This document shows positions 1-14,029 of a stretch of DNA of 64,000 nucleotides, piece after piece (position 1 is the first letter of the stretch; the number at the start of each line of letters is the position of its first letter). Origin of the DNA: Dipteris shenzhenensis. Its lineage: Eukaryota. The stretch lies in assembly GCA_047967505.1 (NCBI GenBank), contig CM106538.1, one strand, 5' to 3'. The notes under the pieces are model-generated. The model made no database searches. It was not told the origin of the DNA and saw only the letters and a list, made by a program, of their open reading frames with translations. The position numbers and the translations under genes were made by a program.

Positions 1-120
1 ATATAGAAGAGTTCAATTGTTAGCAATGCAATATGTTTGCAGCATTGATGTCCTCTATGCATTAGTATCTTCAAGAATTGAACTCTTCTATTCCATGCAT
101 TAATGTCCTACGATAGCAAA

Positions 121-1030
121 TCCAAACTCGTATAACTACCAAGGGTCCAATTTGCAAACCGAGCCTTTTCCTCCATATAGCTAACAAAGATGTATGATCT
201 AGAGCAACATTAATGTCCATATCCAATCATCTTTACCCTTTTCATTCTTTTAGGACCATGGGATAAGGTTGCAAATATTTATTAATTAAATCTAGAAGCC
301 AATCACAAAGATGGTTGCAAGCTAAGAAAGAAGTTGTATGCAAGAACACCCAATGGAATTATATGATCACTTTCAGAGTGTGCATGGTTTAGACCAAGGT
401 TATATATACAGTTAAATCAACATCATGGCCTATGATAGTAGTATTTTAATGCTACACTCAAGGTTATCAGAGACATCAATGGCCTATGATTAGGTAGATT
501 CCCGAGGTTATAAGGGATGCCACAAATTATACATAATATACAATATCACCGCTTGTTCCTCTAATAAAAGGATTCCAAACTCGTATAACTACCAAGGGTC
601 CAATTTGCAAACCGAGCCTTTTCCTCCATATAGCTAACAAAGATGTATGATCTAGAGCAACATTAATGTCCATATCCAATCATCTTTACCCTTTTCATTC
701 TTTTAGGACCATGGGATAAGGTTGCAAATATTTATTAATTAAATCTAGAAGCCAATCACAAAGATGGTTGCAAGCTAAGAAAGAAGTTGTATGCAAGAAC
801 ACTCAATGGAATTATATGATCACTTTCAGAGTGTGCATGGTCTAGACCAAGGTTATATATACACTTAAATCAACATCATGGCCTATGATAGTAGTATTTT
901 AATGCTACACTCAAGGTTATCAGAGACATCAATGGCCTATGATTAGGTAGATTCCCGAGGTTATAAGGGATGCCACAAATTATACATAATATACAATATC
1001 ACCCCTTGTTCCTCTAATAAAAGGATTCCA
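121..1030. repeat. Near-perfect tandem duplication, 2 x 453 bp
   Basis: TCCAAACTCGTATAACTACC starts at 121 and again at 574. The copies differ at only a few bases, and TCCA recurs at 121, 574 and 1027 as junction microhomology. Confidence 0.95.
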
Positions 1031-2202
1031 TTGCTATGGTGAGAAACTTTGGACTAATTCTTAAGGATTCTATTAATGAAGTTGGAAGGATTTATTGCCA
1101 TTATTAAAAGTTTCCAAGGGGCTCATTGCTTGGGTGAGAACTCATTGTGTTTGAGTGGAACCTTACAAGTATCTATTTTGAGAAATGTGAATGGTTATAC
1201 TTGAAGATGCATTATGGGAGGAAAGGCATTTCGAAGTATAGCATTTGAACCTTACAATGAACAAGAATTGTTACTTCCAATGGCAAAAGATGTCTCCCCC
1301 CCTAAAATAGCCTAGAGCCCACAAAAATTTATGTAAGTACTCGAAAAGGGGGTACTTATGAAGGATGTCCTCAATCGATTTGTTGTGGTTCAAGTTATCA
1401 AATTATTGTGAACTTCTTCCGAGAGGTGTCAAATTATAGTCCCAAGGGATCAAATGGAAATGGTTGTCATGGTAAATAATAGTTAGAGAGCATGTGATGA
1501 TTAAATTTTCTTGAAGATACTATGAAACTTTCGAAGAAGTTAAAGGATAGTTTCAAATTGCCTCTATTTAAGGTTCATTGAATTTGTCTAAATGATACAT
1601 TTGGGAAAAAATACCAAATACATTCTGTATATGCTAGGCACTTATGAAAGAGTGCTAAATTTTCACTAAGATAATTTTCAATTGTGAGTGCATTAGACAT
1701 GCACATGTTAGCATCACAATGCACTAAGTTCCATCGAAGCAACGATAGAACATTCGCACTACATCTGAAAATTTGATAAAACTCAAGTGCTATTCCTCAT
1801 CATCTAGCTAAATGGGCCCCTTCTCCTAACCCCTCAATCTACTACTCTTAACACTACATGCCTGATGTGTCTCTTTCGTAAAATTTATAGCCCTTTTGCA
1901 TGTCAAGTTGGAGGATAAGGATATGGGTGAGGCACTCATAGCTCTGTATTAAGGGTAACAAGGATACCTAGGCAAACGTTCACAACAGGGCCTTTGATCC
2001 ATGTTGCACCATCATGAAGGGAATATCCTAGGTGCTACATCAACTAATAACTTCAAGAGTAGAATTGTATTTTTTATAATCATGGTCACACTATTCTGAT
2101 TATTCTTGCTTCCCTTTGGATGCAACCAAGACTTAGCAAACTTAACTATGGAATAGACCCCTATCCTATTACTATATAATGTGGCCTAAATATCATAAGG
2201 AG

Positions 2203-2203
<1 letters not shown>

Positions 2204-2257
<54 letters not shown>

Positions 2258-2267
2258 CGTGTGTGTG
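2204..2267. repeat. (TG)n microsatellite
   Basis: Direct reading of the sequence. Confidence 0.98.
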
Positions 2268-2399
2268 ACCTACTAAGACAGTGTAATCTACCTCTTCCCC
2301 TACTACATACTCTTGATTTATATGTAAAAAGCCCTTTACATCCAATGTATCCCCATTCCCATGCATTTACTGCTTTTCATTCTGCAATAGGTTCATGAG

Positions 2400-4050
2400 G
2401 GTGATGTAGCCTGCATCCAAGGATGGTGTACATATACAATTCTATTGCAAAGACATCATTATTATCACAAAATCAATTTAAACTCCTCATATCATTTATA
2501 TATACAAAGTGCAAAATTCAAACATTGTCAATCTGATATTTTCCTTAGTCTTAATTTCCATTCTGTCTAAGACATGGATTGATCAAGGACATCCATTGAA
2601 TTGATCTGGTTGGTATAATAGCCAGGATATATTGAACAGTTTACTATCCAAATAAATATTGGATTCATGGAACCTCTAAGGGAATATCAAAAAGTGTCAA
2701 AAACCCCCAGGGGGAAAACAAAAGGTGTTCTTCCTTGGCAAGTGTACTTGAGCCAAGGACCATTGTAGATTGGTCGGAGTAGTTTGTATGCATTCCTTCA
2801 GTTTCCTTCCCTTATATCAAAAAGTCAGGGTAAGTAGCCGGACTCACCTGCATCCATCCATAAGCATAGCATGTTAGAACATGAATACTACACATTATGG
2901 GACTGCAGGCTTCACGGCCTGGCTGTAGTTGTTATCCATGTCCACCTTATTAAATTCCTAATCAAGAAGGATACATTGATTATTTTAAATGTCAGAAAGT
3001 ATATTGACTTCACTTAGAAGGTCCCTCTAATGATGATAAATCTTAGAGGGCATAAAGTTAGTTTCTTCCCTGAAAGTTTCAAGGGTTGAAATATGTTTGA
3101 CAATGTACTATAGGTGAACCCTTAAAGAGTTCAAAAACTGGCATCAATGTTAGAATCTGTATTTATAGCAAAAAACTTATTAACTAATTCCTATCTCAAA
3201 AATTGTAGGAGCTTCCGCATAATTTTGATCTCTAGCATTTAAGTAGACTAGGAAAAGTCTTTATGTCGTGCATGAGCTCCATCTTACTCTCTTATGCTTA
3301 CCATGCCTTTTTCATTTAATGCAATTTTTCATAGCCTTAGGGAGGGACATCAGCTAGGATTAAGTATCCGAGTTGTAGACCATTTTTCTTTTCATACTAA
3401 CTGGATAATAACAGAAGGATTACATCACCTAGATTTCTATGTAGGTGTATCATGGTAATTGTTAACTAGTATGTGCCTTTAGATCATATAAATCTAGTGT
3501 CTAGTAAGTGGAAGTGCAGACCATGTGTCTTCCCCGTGCTATACCAGCACTCAGACGTCTTCTGTCGGGATATCCACGTCCAATAGCATTCCTAGTACCG
3601 TTCCTTACTTAGTAACGTCTATGTTCTAAACGGGGCCTCAATGGTGGGATATCCATTAGTTGCATGGAGGAAGGAGGCTCGACAAAGTGATGCAAAAATG
3701 ATGCAAAAATGAGGAGCATCTATGTCCCATTGCGGCTAAGTAGCTGAGGGGCTCTACAGATTGGAGGGTTGTCTGGAGTGGTGCCATAGGGCTTTGCCTT
3801 CCCCATTAGTTGGGGATGCAGGGCTTGGCTCCCTCGACTGCATCCTGCATGGTCCCCGCTCCATCCTATTCTTCTTTCTTAGCTCTCAGTGGGAGCTGAT
3901 CGTCTCAAGGGGAGAGGGCGTCGTGTGGCTTGTGGTAACTCATAGGGAGCGCTTCAGCATTGCATAGCAAGAGGCTCGAAATAAAATGCCCGAACTTACC
4001 TATGTAGCCTTCATATCTTCTAAGGGTGCTGGTGGATGGATCTTTGGCCT
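2400..4050 (-). pseudogene. Possible heavily decayed Ty3/gypsy gag-pol remnant
   Basis: The minus strand gives an LLDT-like protease motif near 3500 and weak RT-like fragments at 2400-2960. There are many stops and frameshifts. Confidence 0.3.
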
Positions 4051-5027
4051 CAGGGGGGTCGGTCATCATATGTAACCCTATCACGTGAGTTCAACAAAAG
4101 GATATTTTTATTTTCTAAAATTTACACAAATTAATATACAAAAGGGAGTTTTTAAAATAATTTTGAAAATTTTTAATAGATTTGTATAGAAAAAGGGTAC
4201 ATTTTATTAGTGAAAATTTTACAGATAAGGGAATTTACAAATAGTCCTTGAATGCACGTGATATAGAGGGTTTATACATAGTGAACCTCCTAAGTCTTTG
4301 GCATTGCTCTCGAGCTCCTATCGGGCTCAGTTGTTATCAGAGCTTCAAACTAACACCTCTAGGATACGTTGTTTGGCCGAGATCTTTGGTGTATTCCCGA
4401 TCCAATTGTTGGTGTTTTCTTGAGATTTGGGTTGGTGCTCTCTTCGCTGGCGCTCCACCCAAAGGACTTTTGATGTTGTATGGCTCAAAGGTCCTTTTGC
4501 TTTGGCCATCACGCTAGCATGTGGACTTCTACCAGGGGCTTGAATTACTGCTACTTCTCCTCGAGGCCATTAAGAGCTTGGACCCTACCCTCAGTGATTG
4601 TGCATCCCAATGGCTCCTCTCAGGGCTCGAGGCTCTGTGGTCCCGGGCTGCGCCATGCCTTGTTATTAATACCTGTAGTGTAGTGTGTGCGTGTGTGTAG
4701 TAGTATATGGGGAAGTGCTCCATATTGGAGGACGTGCCAATTACTGTGCCTAAGTGGCTAGGGTTCTCTGTAGTCTATCGTGTTCCTAGGGTGTATTGCT
4801 ATTATTATAAGGTTCGTATCCCCATTGGGGGCTCTCATTTTTCATGGCCATAGTCCCCTTAGGGGCAAATTTCATAATCCCCAAGTGGTATGATCCCTTA
4901 ACCATTAATCGTAGGCTAATCTATTAATTTGAGAGAATGCTATATTTTGCTTAATATAAGGGGCCACCCATATTTGGTCTAGTTGGGCTCATGATCTTTC
5001 ATCATGCTAAGTCCTTTTAGGAGGCAT

Positions 5028-5218
<191 letters not shown>

Positions 5219-5403
5219 GTGAGAGACACATATCTTTTACCCCAAAAAAGAGTGGGTTTGACACATGTACATTGTATGTGTTGTATGTGCATGAGCATGC
5301 ACGATGTGTAAGAGACCAGAATAGGCCGCGTGTCAAATTGGTATGTTATGTTTTCGAGGTTTTTTTAATTGCATGCTTTAAATTAAATATTCTCACCAGC
5401 ACA

Positions 5404-6642
5404 TGGTATCAAAGCAAGTTTGATGGATTGTGAACATGAAGGATAACTTGAGAAGTTTATCTGCCCTCACTGTCCCGCATGGTAGCTTAGGCTTTTAATT
5501 CATTTAATGGAGGCCTATGTTCAATTGTCACTAGATTGGAGAAAGAGCTGGGCAATAACCAAGGCTTAGAGAAGATCTCACATTAGAAATCAAAAAATGA
5601 TGGGTCTCGAAAATTCTTGGTACAACTCTTGGGAGTGAGTATAACCATCATCTTGACTTGTTGAGTACTTGTGAAAGCTTGCAAGTGAGAATAACTTCTA
5701 CACATGAAGGCTATAAGCAGGGGTATATTAATAAGATTTTCACACATATGAATAAAAACATCAAGAAAAAAACCCAGGAGCAATTCAAGTGCTGGTGTAC
5801 TAAAACAAGTAGGATCATAAGTAAGACTATTATTTCAAGGAGAGAAATGATACTAAGAAAATGAATGTTGGAGAAAATATGGTGACAAGCAACTATGCCG
5901 GACTTTGTGTCATAGAACCCAACACATATGATGATGAATAGACTTTCTACATAGTACTACATAGTAGTTTAGGTTTGGTGTTTTTTGTGTCAATCTTATC
6001 CACATTTAGCTCTTCATGTCTTGGCAGATCTGACTGTTGGTTATGGAGAATAATCAAATTTTTATACTTTGAGATAACCTCTCTTATTTTGTGAGGGTGG
6101 TGATTTCTTTAAGGCTTACTCATTACAGCATGCTATTTAACATATTTGTAAAGTGGGGCTCTTGGTTTTGAGTCTTCATTATTTTTCGACAAACGACTCT
6201 TCAACCAGTTTTCATGTTACCTTCTACCTTTAGTTTGGGGGGAGGGTGTTGAGAAGAGAAGAATGTAATAAAGGGCTAATAGAACCAACTTCGGTTAAAG
6301 GGTTAATAAAGTGCAGCCAAGGGGTCAATAGCGCATATGGCAATTACATGCATGCATGACAGATATTGTGAGGGAACGATTAATTTATTAGCTGGATCTG
6401 GTGGTTTGTGGTCTTTCATTTGAGGTGAAATCTTCTTGGTGGCCATCTCTTAGCTTTATGCTTCCTCAACCTATGGCTAGCTACCCCCATCCATTTCTAA
6501 TTGTTGGTTGTTATGGCTCATTATACTTGTGAGTATCAGATAGGTTGCTTATTATGTAGTCCTCCAAAAAGTCCCATAGGTCTAAGGAGGCTTGGTTATT
6601 TATGTTGCTTCTTTTATATCTCGATTCTAGTTCCATACATCA
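5404..6642 (+). mobile_element. LTR-retroelement remnant: iMet PBS, decayed internal region, PPT and candidate LTR (6247-6642)
   Basis: CA|TGGTATCAAAGC at 5404. The purine tract GGGGGGAGGG is followed by TGTTG at 6247, with a possible end at ACATCA 6642. No matching 5' LTR was seen. Confidence 0.45.
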
Positions 6643-6645
6643 TGG

Positions 6646-6648
<3 letters not shown>

Positions 6649-6695
<47 letters not shown>

Positions 6696-6770
6696 CGTGC
6701 ATGTGCACACATGTGTGTGTGTGGGGGGTGTGCATGCACGCACGCGTGTGTGCGTGTGTGTGTGTTGTGT
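6649..6770. repeat. Compound (CT)n / imperfect (GT)n microsatellite
   Basis: Direct reading of the sequence. Confidence 0.95.
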
Positions 6771-9700
6771 TGTGTTTCCCCCGAATGCACAAAGTATTCC
6801 ATGCATGGCATACTTGAAAGTGGTAGTGCACACATGAGAAATGCTTAGACGTGTATGCTCCTCAATATCTATAAAACATTATTAAGATATTCTACCAAGC
6901 ACTAATAAATAAGGAAGTGGGGGACTCAACCTTGCCAACTGAGATAGTAGAGGAGCTATATATATATTTTTAAGCATAGTCATCATAGGCAATCAAATTA
7001 GTGTCCTAGTTGATCCAAGTAAAACAAATCCACTTGAGGTGATGTATGAACGATTTTTTTCGTTATGAAAATCTTAATGAAAATGTGTCAGCTACACTTG
7101 CTTAGAGATGCATAGAGACTTGTTACATAGATCTAAGAAGGTGTAGAATGTAGAACAATCATTCATAGAGAGTCTACATGATAATGTACTCCCTTGTAAT
7201 CCACGTATTCAAAATCAAGTAGATGACCTGGTCCATGCATGTTTTTATTATGTAAGTTATGTTTATATCTTATAATTAATATGGAATTTCAAATTTTACA
7301 TAGTTAGTTTTCTAAGCTTCACAATTTCAATAAAATTATATGTGTTCCCTTTAAGATGTATAGTAGAAAAAGATGAAATTTTGTCAAAAATTATAGACTT
7401 AGAACACTAAATTTATAGAACTTTCAATTCTTAATGAAACTAACATGAAAAAGTGGGTACGTATCTTTTGCTAGCCTAAAGCCAAAGGAATCCATCCCAC
7501 AAAGCCTAGACAAGTTAGTCAAGGGAACATATGCATCCAAGCATAAAAGGATGATGTCTCCATTACACAAGAGACATGATGTATTCATGGCCAATGTTCA
7601 TGCTTGTGATGCAAATAATAGCCTTGTGGAAGGCAAATGCCTTCCTTGTAAATCTATGGGTACCAAGGGCTATGACCATGGTACTGTACTAATCAACTCA
7701 TTGCCATCCACTAGGTAACAAATACAAGGTCGATGTAGACACCCGTCATTTTGTGGTTAGAGTGGAAATTTTAATAACGACAATGTTGTCCTTGGGAAGG
7801 GATAGGGGCAATTCTCAACATGGCCTAATAACCACCATGTGCATTTGCATAACACAATGCTTTGAAGTAAAATTATTGCTTGATTAGAGGAGGCACCAAA
7901 ATGCAATTCATATTTTTGTGCATCATGTTTAGAATTAGGAGCCTTAGAGAAGTCTTCGTTTATGGTGCCTCTTGTCCTTGTAAGAGCCAAGCCTTCTTCA
8001 AGTAGCATTACAAGTTTGTAGGTGATCTAGGATCATGCATCGTAGAGGATGCGAGGTGTGATGGGCAAGTTTTACCAAAACGGACCCATTTTGGTGGACT
8101 CTTTCGGCTATTTGCAATTGTTTTTAGGGCATTTGAATGTTTTCTTGAAGAGGATACTAATTAGGGCCTGCGCTGTCTGATTCTGCTGTGCCGACTGCCC
8201 ACGTTGTTGATTCTCGCTCCGTGAGATTCATCGCCACTTCCATGCCAGTGCCAGTGCCAGTGCCCTTGCCCGCCTTCACCCTGTCCCCCCCTTCGTTACT
8301 TGTGAAAATCTGACTGGTAAGGAACTACAAGATTTGAATAAGATTAGGTCTTGGTAACAATCGGATTTTGCTGATTCTGTCACCCTGGCCCTCCGATCGA
8401 AAGCCGCCGGCGCAGCGACCACTTGCACGCTTGAGACCCATTTCCAGCTCAGCGGCATATCCTCATGTAGCATAGCTATTAACAAAGCGGGATATACTGC
8501 TCAGTTAACAAAGCAGCCTACGAAACAGCTGATCTCATTAACCTTGATCCGATTAATGTTGAAATATCCTGCTTTTCATATCTCACTTTGGCGAAGAAAT
8601 ATTACCCGCTGCCCAGGATTCAAATTTCAGTTCATAACTTCATACGTAATCGAGCCTCCGACAGAAATCCAGACAAATCGACGCCATTCATCTTGTGCAT
8701 TGAATGGTCGAAATTGTTTGTGTCACCCATTGAAAGTGTAGCTGCGTTTGTCGAGACTCCAATGGGTACTTATTCGCTCATGCGCTTTATCACAATAGCT
8801 TTCCCGCGTTAGCGAAAGATTATGGATTTACGGTTCAAACATTTGAACGTCGCAACGCTGTAGTCCATCGCAACCAGACCGGCGTCGTTGCCATGTGGCT
8901 GTGACAAATGGCATCCTGGCATATAAGAACATGACGTGTCATGTACGATGGCTTAAGCCCTTGTTCTCGTGTACAAACGCAAAAATGCAAGAGAAAAGAC
9001 AAATGTTTGGCTCTACATAAAGCTTGACCGTTTTGACTCTTTACAAAGTTCCCAAAGAGACAACCATTTCTTGAGTGAGCAAAGCCGACAGGGTGCTCCT
9101 CTCGGAGATCCTAAACTTACAGCCACCCCATCTATCACAACGTTCCAAAAACGTTTGCATTAACAAGGAAAAGAGGCATCATGATGCTTATGCAAGATGG
9201 CTTTATATTATGTAACCACACAAGCAAAAGGGACAAAGTTTTGGCTCAACATAGCTTTCTCATTAGTTAAAGAATCCAAACAATTTATGAAAGATCATGT
9301 TACATAGATGTTTGAATGATTGGAGCTAGTAAAATTAAACCTCATATTAATCACTTCCTCTACGGATATGAATGATGTAAAATATTATACCCCTAATGAA
9401 TTCCCACTTTCATGTTTCCATGTATAGTCAAGACATTGTCATGAACGAGTAAGGAATCTATGCCCTTGATTTTGCATTAGTAGCAATTAATTGAGTGGTC
9501 TTCGTTGAATGACGGTCAAGCTCTCAATAAGGGCCACCCGTGCATTCATTAAAATTTGAATTCTTCATATCATGTTTGACAGTCAAAGAGGCCAGAAGTG
9601 TTAAGCATAAACTATAAGAAAATGCTTGTAAGCTCTATGGATCCAATTCCTAATATTTTGGGTGCTAAAAGGTTTTTATTGTACGTCTTTATCCATCATC

Positions 9701-11225
9701 GGCATAATCCATTCATTCGAGGACATAATGTACGTTAATATTTTTATAGAGCGTTGAAAGACACTGCTTGAGCTTTGACTGTACTTTTCGTATTTTCCTA
9801 AAAATCTTCTCTTTGCAAAAAAATAATTTATAATAAGCATGCAAGAGCTCCCACAAGATAGGGTTAGTAGCCTTGGCCCCTGGCAATACCCAACATCATA
9901 TATGATCTATTACCATTCATATTGCAATATGTAAAAAAGCAAAACGATTTAGGATTTTATATTGTACACCTATGATTTCTTAAGGGTTCAATATAACAAG
10001 ACAATAATGAGAGCATGCATTTGTGACATAATGTAAAAACTATGTTTACATATGGGTTCAAGTATTCTCCCTTCATCAAAAGTTTAAACTTTCTTTTCGA
10101 GGAAATTAAATGCACCCATTGAGCTTACATATTTAGCTATAGTACATAAAGTTTCCAGCTTCCTTTATTGATTATTCAGCCTTAACGGGGAATCACTAAG
10201 TGAATGGAATTCACGAATCATGGGGTTTTAGTCAATCTTTGGGATAGGCATTGAAAATTTTATTGGAGGTAACTATACATTATTTTCATCCATAATTAAG
10301 GTGGAAGACTAGGGATAAAAGGTTACTTCCATAAACTTTGCTTTAGTGGCTCTTGTATTTGTGTAAACTTTACCTTGCGCCTCTCTGGTAGGGTATATTG
10401 TGTGTTTCCATCCTACTCCTTACAATGTAATTGTAGTTTGAAAGTCTAAAAGTATGTGATTCTTGGCATGTTTTTTTTTTTCTGTTTGCAAAATTTTCTC
10501 CTATGTCAAAGTGGGGACGTCACACAACCAGCAACATGTCTACATTTCAAACAAGAACATTACAACATTTTTCATTTTCTTTTTTTAAATGATTTCGTCT
10601 AAGAGCAACAAAAATAATATGGTACCCAAAAGTTCAAAATTTTCAAAAGGTACTCTTTTTTTAAAGGTTATCACTTATCATTGTTGCCAACAATTAAAAA
10701 CAAACTATTTAGGAGAACAAACTTATATGAGAAGAAACAGTTGAGGTATACCACTATTGATGCATATAACAAATAATGTGTATTTTGGATTAATAAATTT
10801 TCAATTTGGGGTAGAAGCCCAAAAGAGCATCCTCCTCCTCTTCAACTTTACTTTTAATGGATACCCACAAGGGATTCTTTTTTAGGTTCTCCCATGCTTC
10901 ATTTTGCTCTAAAGAGCACTCTTGTCTTGAATATTATTTTAAAATAGTAATCATGGACACTTGTATGCCCCCTTTAAATGTGATTTTTGAAGAGGCGTGT
11001 GAACTGCCACGGTTAATAGTTTATGCAAAGTTTCCATTTCCATCATCATTGCACTTGAACAACTGCTAAGGAGCTCTTCAAGGGGTTTAAGGTTACCTAA
11101 ACACAAAATTAAATGGCTATTGAGCGATTGGATATTTTGCAAGATAGCACGGAGAAGAGGGGGAGGATGAGACAAATACAATAGAAGTCCAACTTGGAGC
11201 CATATGGACCCAATTGCCTGGTAAA

Positions 11226-11227
<2 letters not shown>

Positions 11228-11278
<51 letters not shown>
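11228..11278. repeat. (GA)n microsatellite
   Basis: Direct reading of the sequence. Confidence 0.95.
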
Positions 11279-11662
11279 ATAGGGCTGGTCATCCCTTTAA
11301 AAGATGGAATGTATAAATAGCTAAAGGATCGACTTTGGTCTTCCTTATTGTAGCACACATTTGGAATACAAGCTCTCTTCCTCTGTTTCATGATGCACAC
11401 ATTTGGAATACAAGCTCTCTTCCTCTCTTTCATGAGTTGTCTTGTGTTCTTTCATAGTACCCTTGTGATTGCCACTCCCCCCTTCTTCCCTCTTTCATTC
11501 CTCTCTTGTCCTCCCCTCTCCCTTTCTTCTCCCTTCTCCTCTCCCTCTCTTCATCTTGTGGACTCACATTGCAACAATTTGGAAGATGCGTGGGCCAAGA
11601 CCTACCAATGCCATGTTTTGTACGGCCAACGGCTTTTTATAATCGCTTGATTTCCATCTAAC

Positions 11663-12300
11663 TATGGCACCATGCCTACCCCCCGCTGACAAACTGGGAG
11701 CAAATCCTCCTGCACGACAAATGGTTCCCACTAATGAGGCTATGAGGATCCTAGTGCAAGCACTAGCAAGGGGGGCCACACCACCAACCTTTGCTAGAAG
11801 GGATACCGACTCTTGAAGCAAAGAACCAACCACATTCTCCAAGCTTATTACTAAATTCCTAGGAGAAGGAGATCAGGTCTCGATTAATTATCCAACGTGG
11901 AGAGGTTCAAGCGATTTGCAAGACCTTTGGGGACACAAGTAACTTGGATAAGGTGAATACATTTGGACTGAGCCTTGATGAAAAGGCAGGCCAGTGGTAT
12001 AGAGCATTGAACCCTAAAGAGAAAATTAAATGGGATATGCTCTGAAAGTCATTAAGGGTGGGGTTTGCTCCTAGCAGTCCCAAATGGAGCCCTATCAACA
12101 AACTATAGGAGGTAAAGTAGAAAGACACCAAGTCTCTTTGGGATTATATTGCTAGAATCAAGCACAACTCCCACTACAAGGCTCACGAGAGGATTAGCAA
12201 TGTGTGGTTACCATTATGCTTCCTTGTTGGACTATGGGATTCAAAGCTTCATGACCATTTTTTTGCCCTGAATTCCACATCATTTGAGTTGTATAGCAAG
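11663..12300 (+). pseudogene. gag: Degenerate Ty3/gypsy gag (retrotransposon gag domain)
   Basis: Manual translation near 11948 gives DKVNTFGLSLDEKAGQWYRALNPKEKIKWDML*KS, matching the L..A..W(Y)..L...W..L gag pattern. A KFLGEGD motif lies upstream. Confidence 0.6.
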
Positions 12301-14029
12301 ACTGCTATGCTATGTGGTCTCCTGCGGCATTAGGAGAAAAGAGAGCTCAGTTTGGGGCCTTTTGGCCAAAATGAAAAATCCCTCTCCACCAATAACAAGA
12401 GGGCCAATGTAAAGTCGGGAAAATTAAGAAAGTACAAAATAATTCACATAATAAGAGAAAGAAACAAAAACTTTACGGATGTACAACTGTATAAACTGGA
12501 CAAGGAGTCATTTTTGAAAAAGATCACGGACTCCAATGTGATTTCTCTCCTAAACTAGTTTTCTTGCTTGTACAAATCAAAGGTTCAAATATTCTTTCTT
12601 GCCCAAACTCGATTTCTTGCTGGGTGGATGTTTGCTTGGGTGTAGCCATTTTTGGTGAGTTTCAAGGCATTTTTTGTAAATAGGTATTTTGCTTGACCCA
12701 TAACTTATGCATTGCTCAATGAAATTTGACAAAATCTATCTTCTAATTGTAGTACATTCTAATCCTGAACATGAGACCAAAAAAATATGGAATAAATATT
12801 TGGAGTAAGACAATTAAATTATTACAAGTGCTATGTTGCATGTGAAGCATGTATCTTGAAGAGCATAGGATATAACAATTAATTCAAAAGCATCAAATTT
12901 TTGTTCTACACATGCATGCAACTGAGTAATCATTCAAAAGTACACTACGTGAGCTTCTCCTCAACCCAACAACACACCTAATTGAGAGCTTTGCATGTGG
13001 TTTAAGGGGACTCCAATGTTCTGCTAAATTTTTCCACACCCATTCGAGTGCATGCTCCATAGCTTTTTCCTCATTTGTTGAAAACCAAAATAGATTGGAA
13101 ATTTGGAATCCAAACTGGTGGGACTACTACATGGTGGTCTTAAAACATTGATAGTTGGTGGAATTGGTATCTAGATTTACCCTAAAATGGAGGAATTTGA
13201 AAATGTGCAATTTGTGCAGGTGCAAAGATGTCTTAATAAATCCAATACTATTTACAATTTTGTATTGGTTCTTTTTCCATGAACTTGATTGCTATGTGGC
13301 TCATAAGCATGTGAATGGACATTGCATTTCATAATATACAACATCAAACCCGATTGTGTGCCCTTTACCCTATTTATATTTTCAAGCAATTTGGGCCACA
13401 TTGCACTTGGTTGAGGGCAACCGATATATCCAATTTCACTGACGTGTATCACTGGAGGGGGAAAATCACTACAGGTGCTATCCCTTCACACTTTTGAATT
13501 GTTTCACCTCTCGCTCGGCAAATCTGTGAATATTAAAGTGCATGCATCCTCAACCTGCCACCCTGCAAAGTGCGTTCTCCTCCCGTCCTGCAACTTGCCC
13601 TATGCAGAGTTAGCTCTACATGAGCTCATTCTTTTTCCGCCATGGCATCAATGGCAAGATGCAGATTGTCATGGCTTGTAAGTGAGCCAAATATAGGCTA
13701 TGAGGTAGGAAAGTTAAAAAGGTTGATCAAGGCACAAGAGACAAATTAGGGGGTAAGGAAAGAATGACCCATTATCAAAACGGCAAGGAAAGGCACTTTT
13801 GCAATGTCATCTCGACCCGAGAAGTCTTTCAAGCTTTAATAGAGCATAAGAAAAGGAGAAACAGCTTAAGTGCAGAAGTTATTGAATGAGTGACTCTCGA
13901 GTGACAACATTCTGGCATGAGATTACGAGAGTTTCTCCAAATAATAATGACATCTGCCAAAAATGGACGGAATGCGAGCAGTGGGACAAGCACATCATAC
14001 ACATGTTTAATACAACATAGGTCAGCGGT

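Noticed and set aside
7734-8160. TGTAGACACC as an LTR start (also GGGGACGTCACA at ~10513 as an LTR end)
   Set aside because: No partner LTR, TSD or PBS could be established.
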